A stretch of DNA of 64,000 nucleotides from Octopus sinensis (lineage: Eukaryota). Positions 63,900 to 64,000 of this stretch are shown here, in pieces. The stretch is from NCBI RefSeq assembly GCF_006345805.1, contig NC_043003.1, positions 31,806,001 through 31,870,000 on the forward strand, in the 5' to 3' direction. Position numbers and translations under genes: made by a program. Under the pieces are notes generated by a model. That model searched no databases. It worked only from the letters and a program-made list of their open reading frames with translations, and had not been told where the DNA came from. The stretch's first letter is position 1. The number at the start of each line of letters is the position of its first letter.

Positions 63900-64000
63900 T
63901 TATATTGAGCGCTCTATTGTATCAAAGTGTTAATACTATTAAACCATTTATATATTTAAGACGAGCGATTATATATATATATAAATGTGTATTTTTGATA

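Overview
AT-rich eukaryotic DNA saturated with microsatellites and transposable elements. I found no supportable host gene, rRNA, true tRNA gene or CRISPR array. The SINE families and (TA)n/(AAT)n density resemble coleoid cephalopod (Octopus-like) DNA; this is inference, not a database result. From left to right the window holds: the 3' half of a Ty3/gypsy LTR element (RT, RNase H, integrase, PPT, 3' LTR); several mariner/Tc1 copies, one nearly intact and nested inside a Penelope-like element (PLE); R4/Dong-type non-LTR pieces sitting in (AAT)n tracts; an ORF1-like zinc-knuckle fragment; about a dozen tRNA-head SINEs; and many PLE copies. The most notable locus is a young, apparently full-length PLE at 56951-61785. 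It has an RT plus C-terminal GIY-YIG ORF between ~910-bp direct pseudo-LTRs, an extra inverted partial pseudo-LTR, and three type I hammerhead ribozyme motifs. Hammerhead-like motifs recur at about six other PLE-type termini. Four PLE copies carry an inverted copy of their own 3' end at their 5' end. Two short non-coding units (440 bp and ~350 bp) look like partial-tandem or circularly permuted, retrozyme-like insertions. Several frameshifts I could place in the young elements are 1-nt deletions in homopolymers, so they may be assembly errors. Coordinates were counted by eye and boundaries of decayed elements are approximate.
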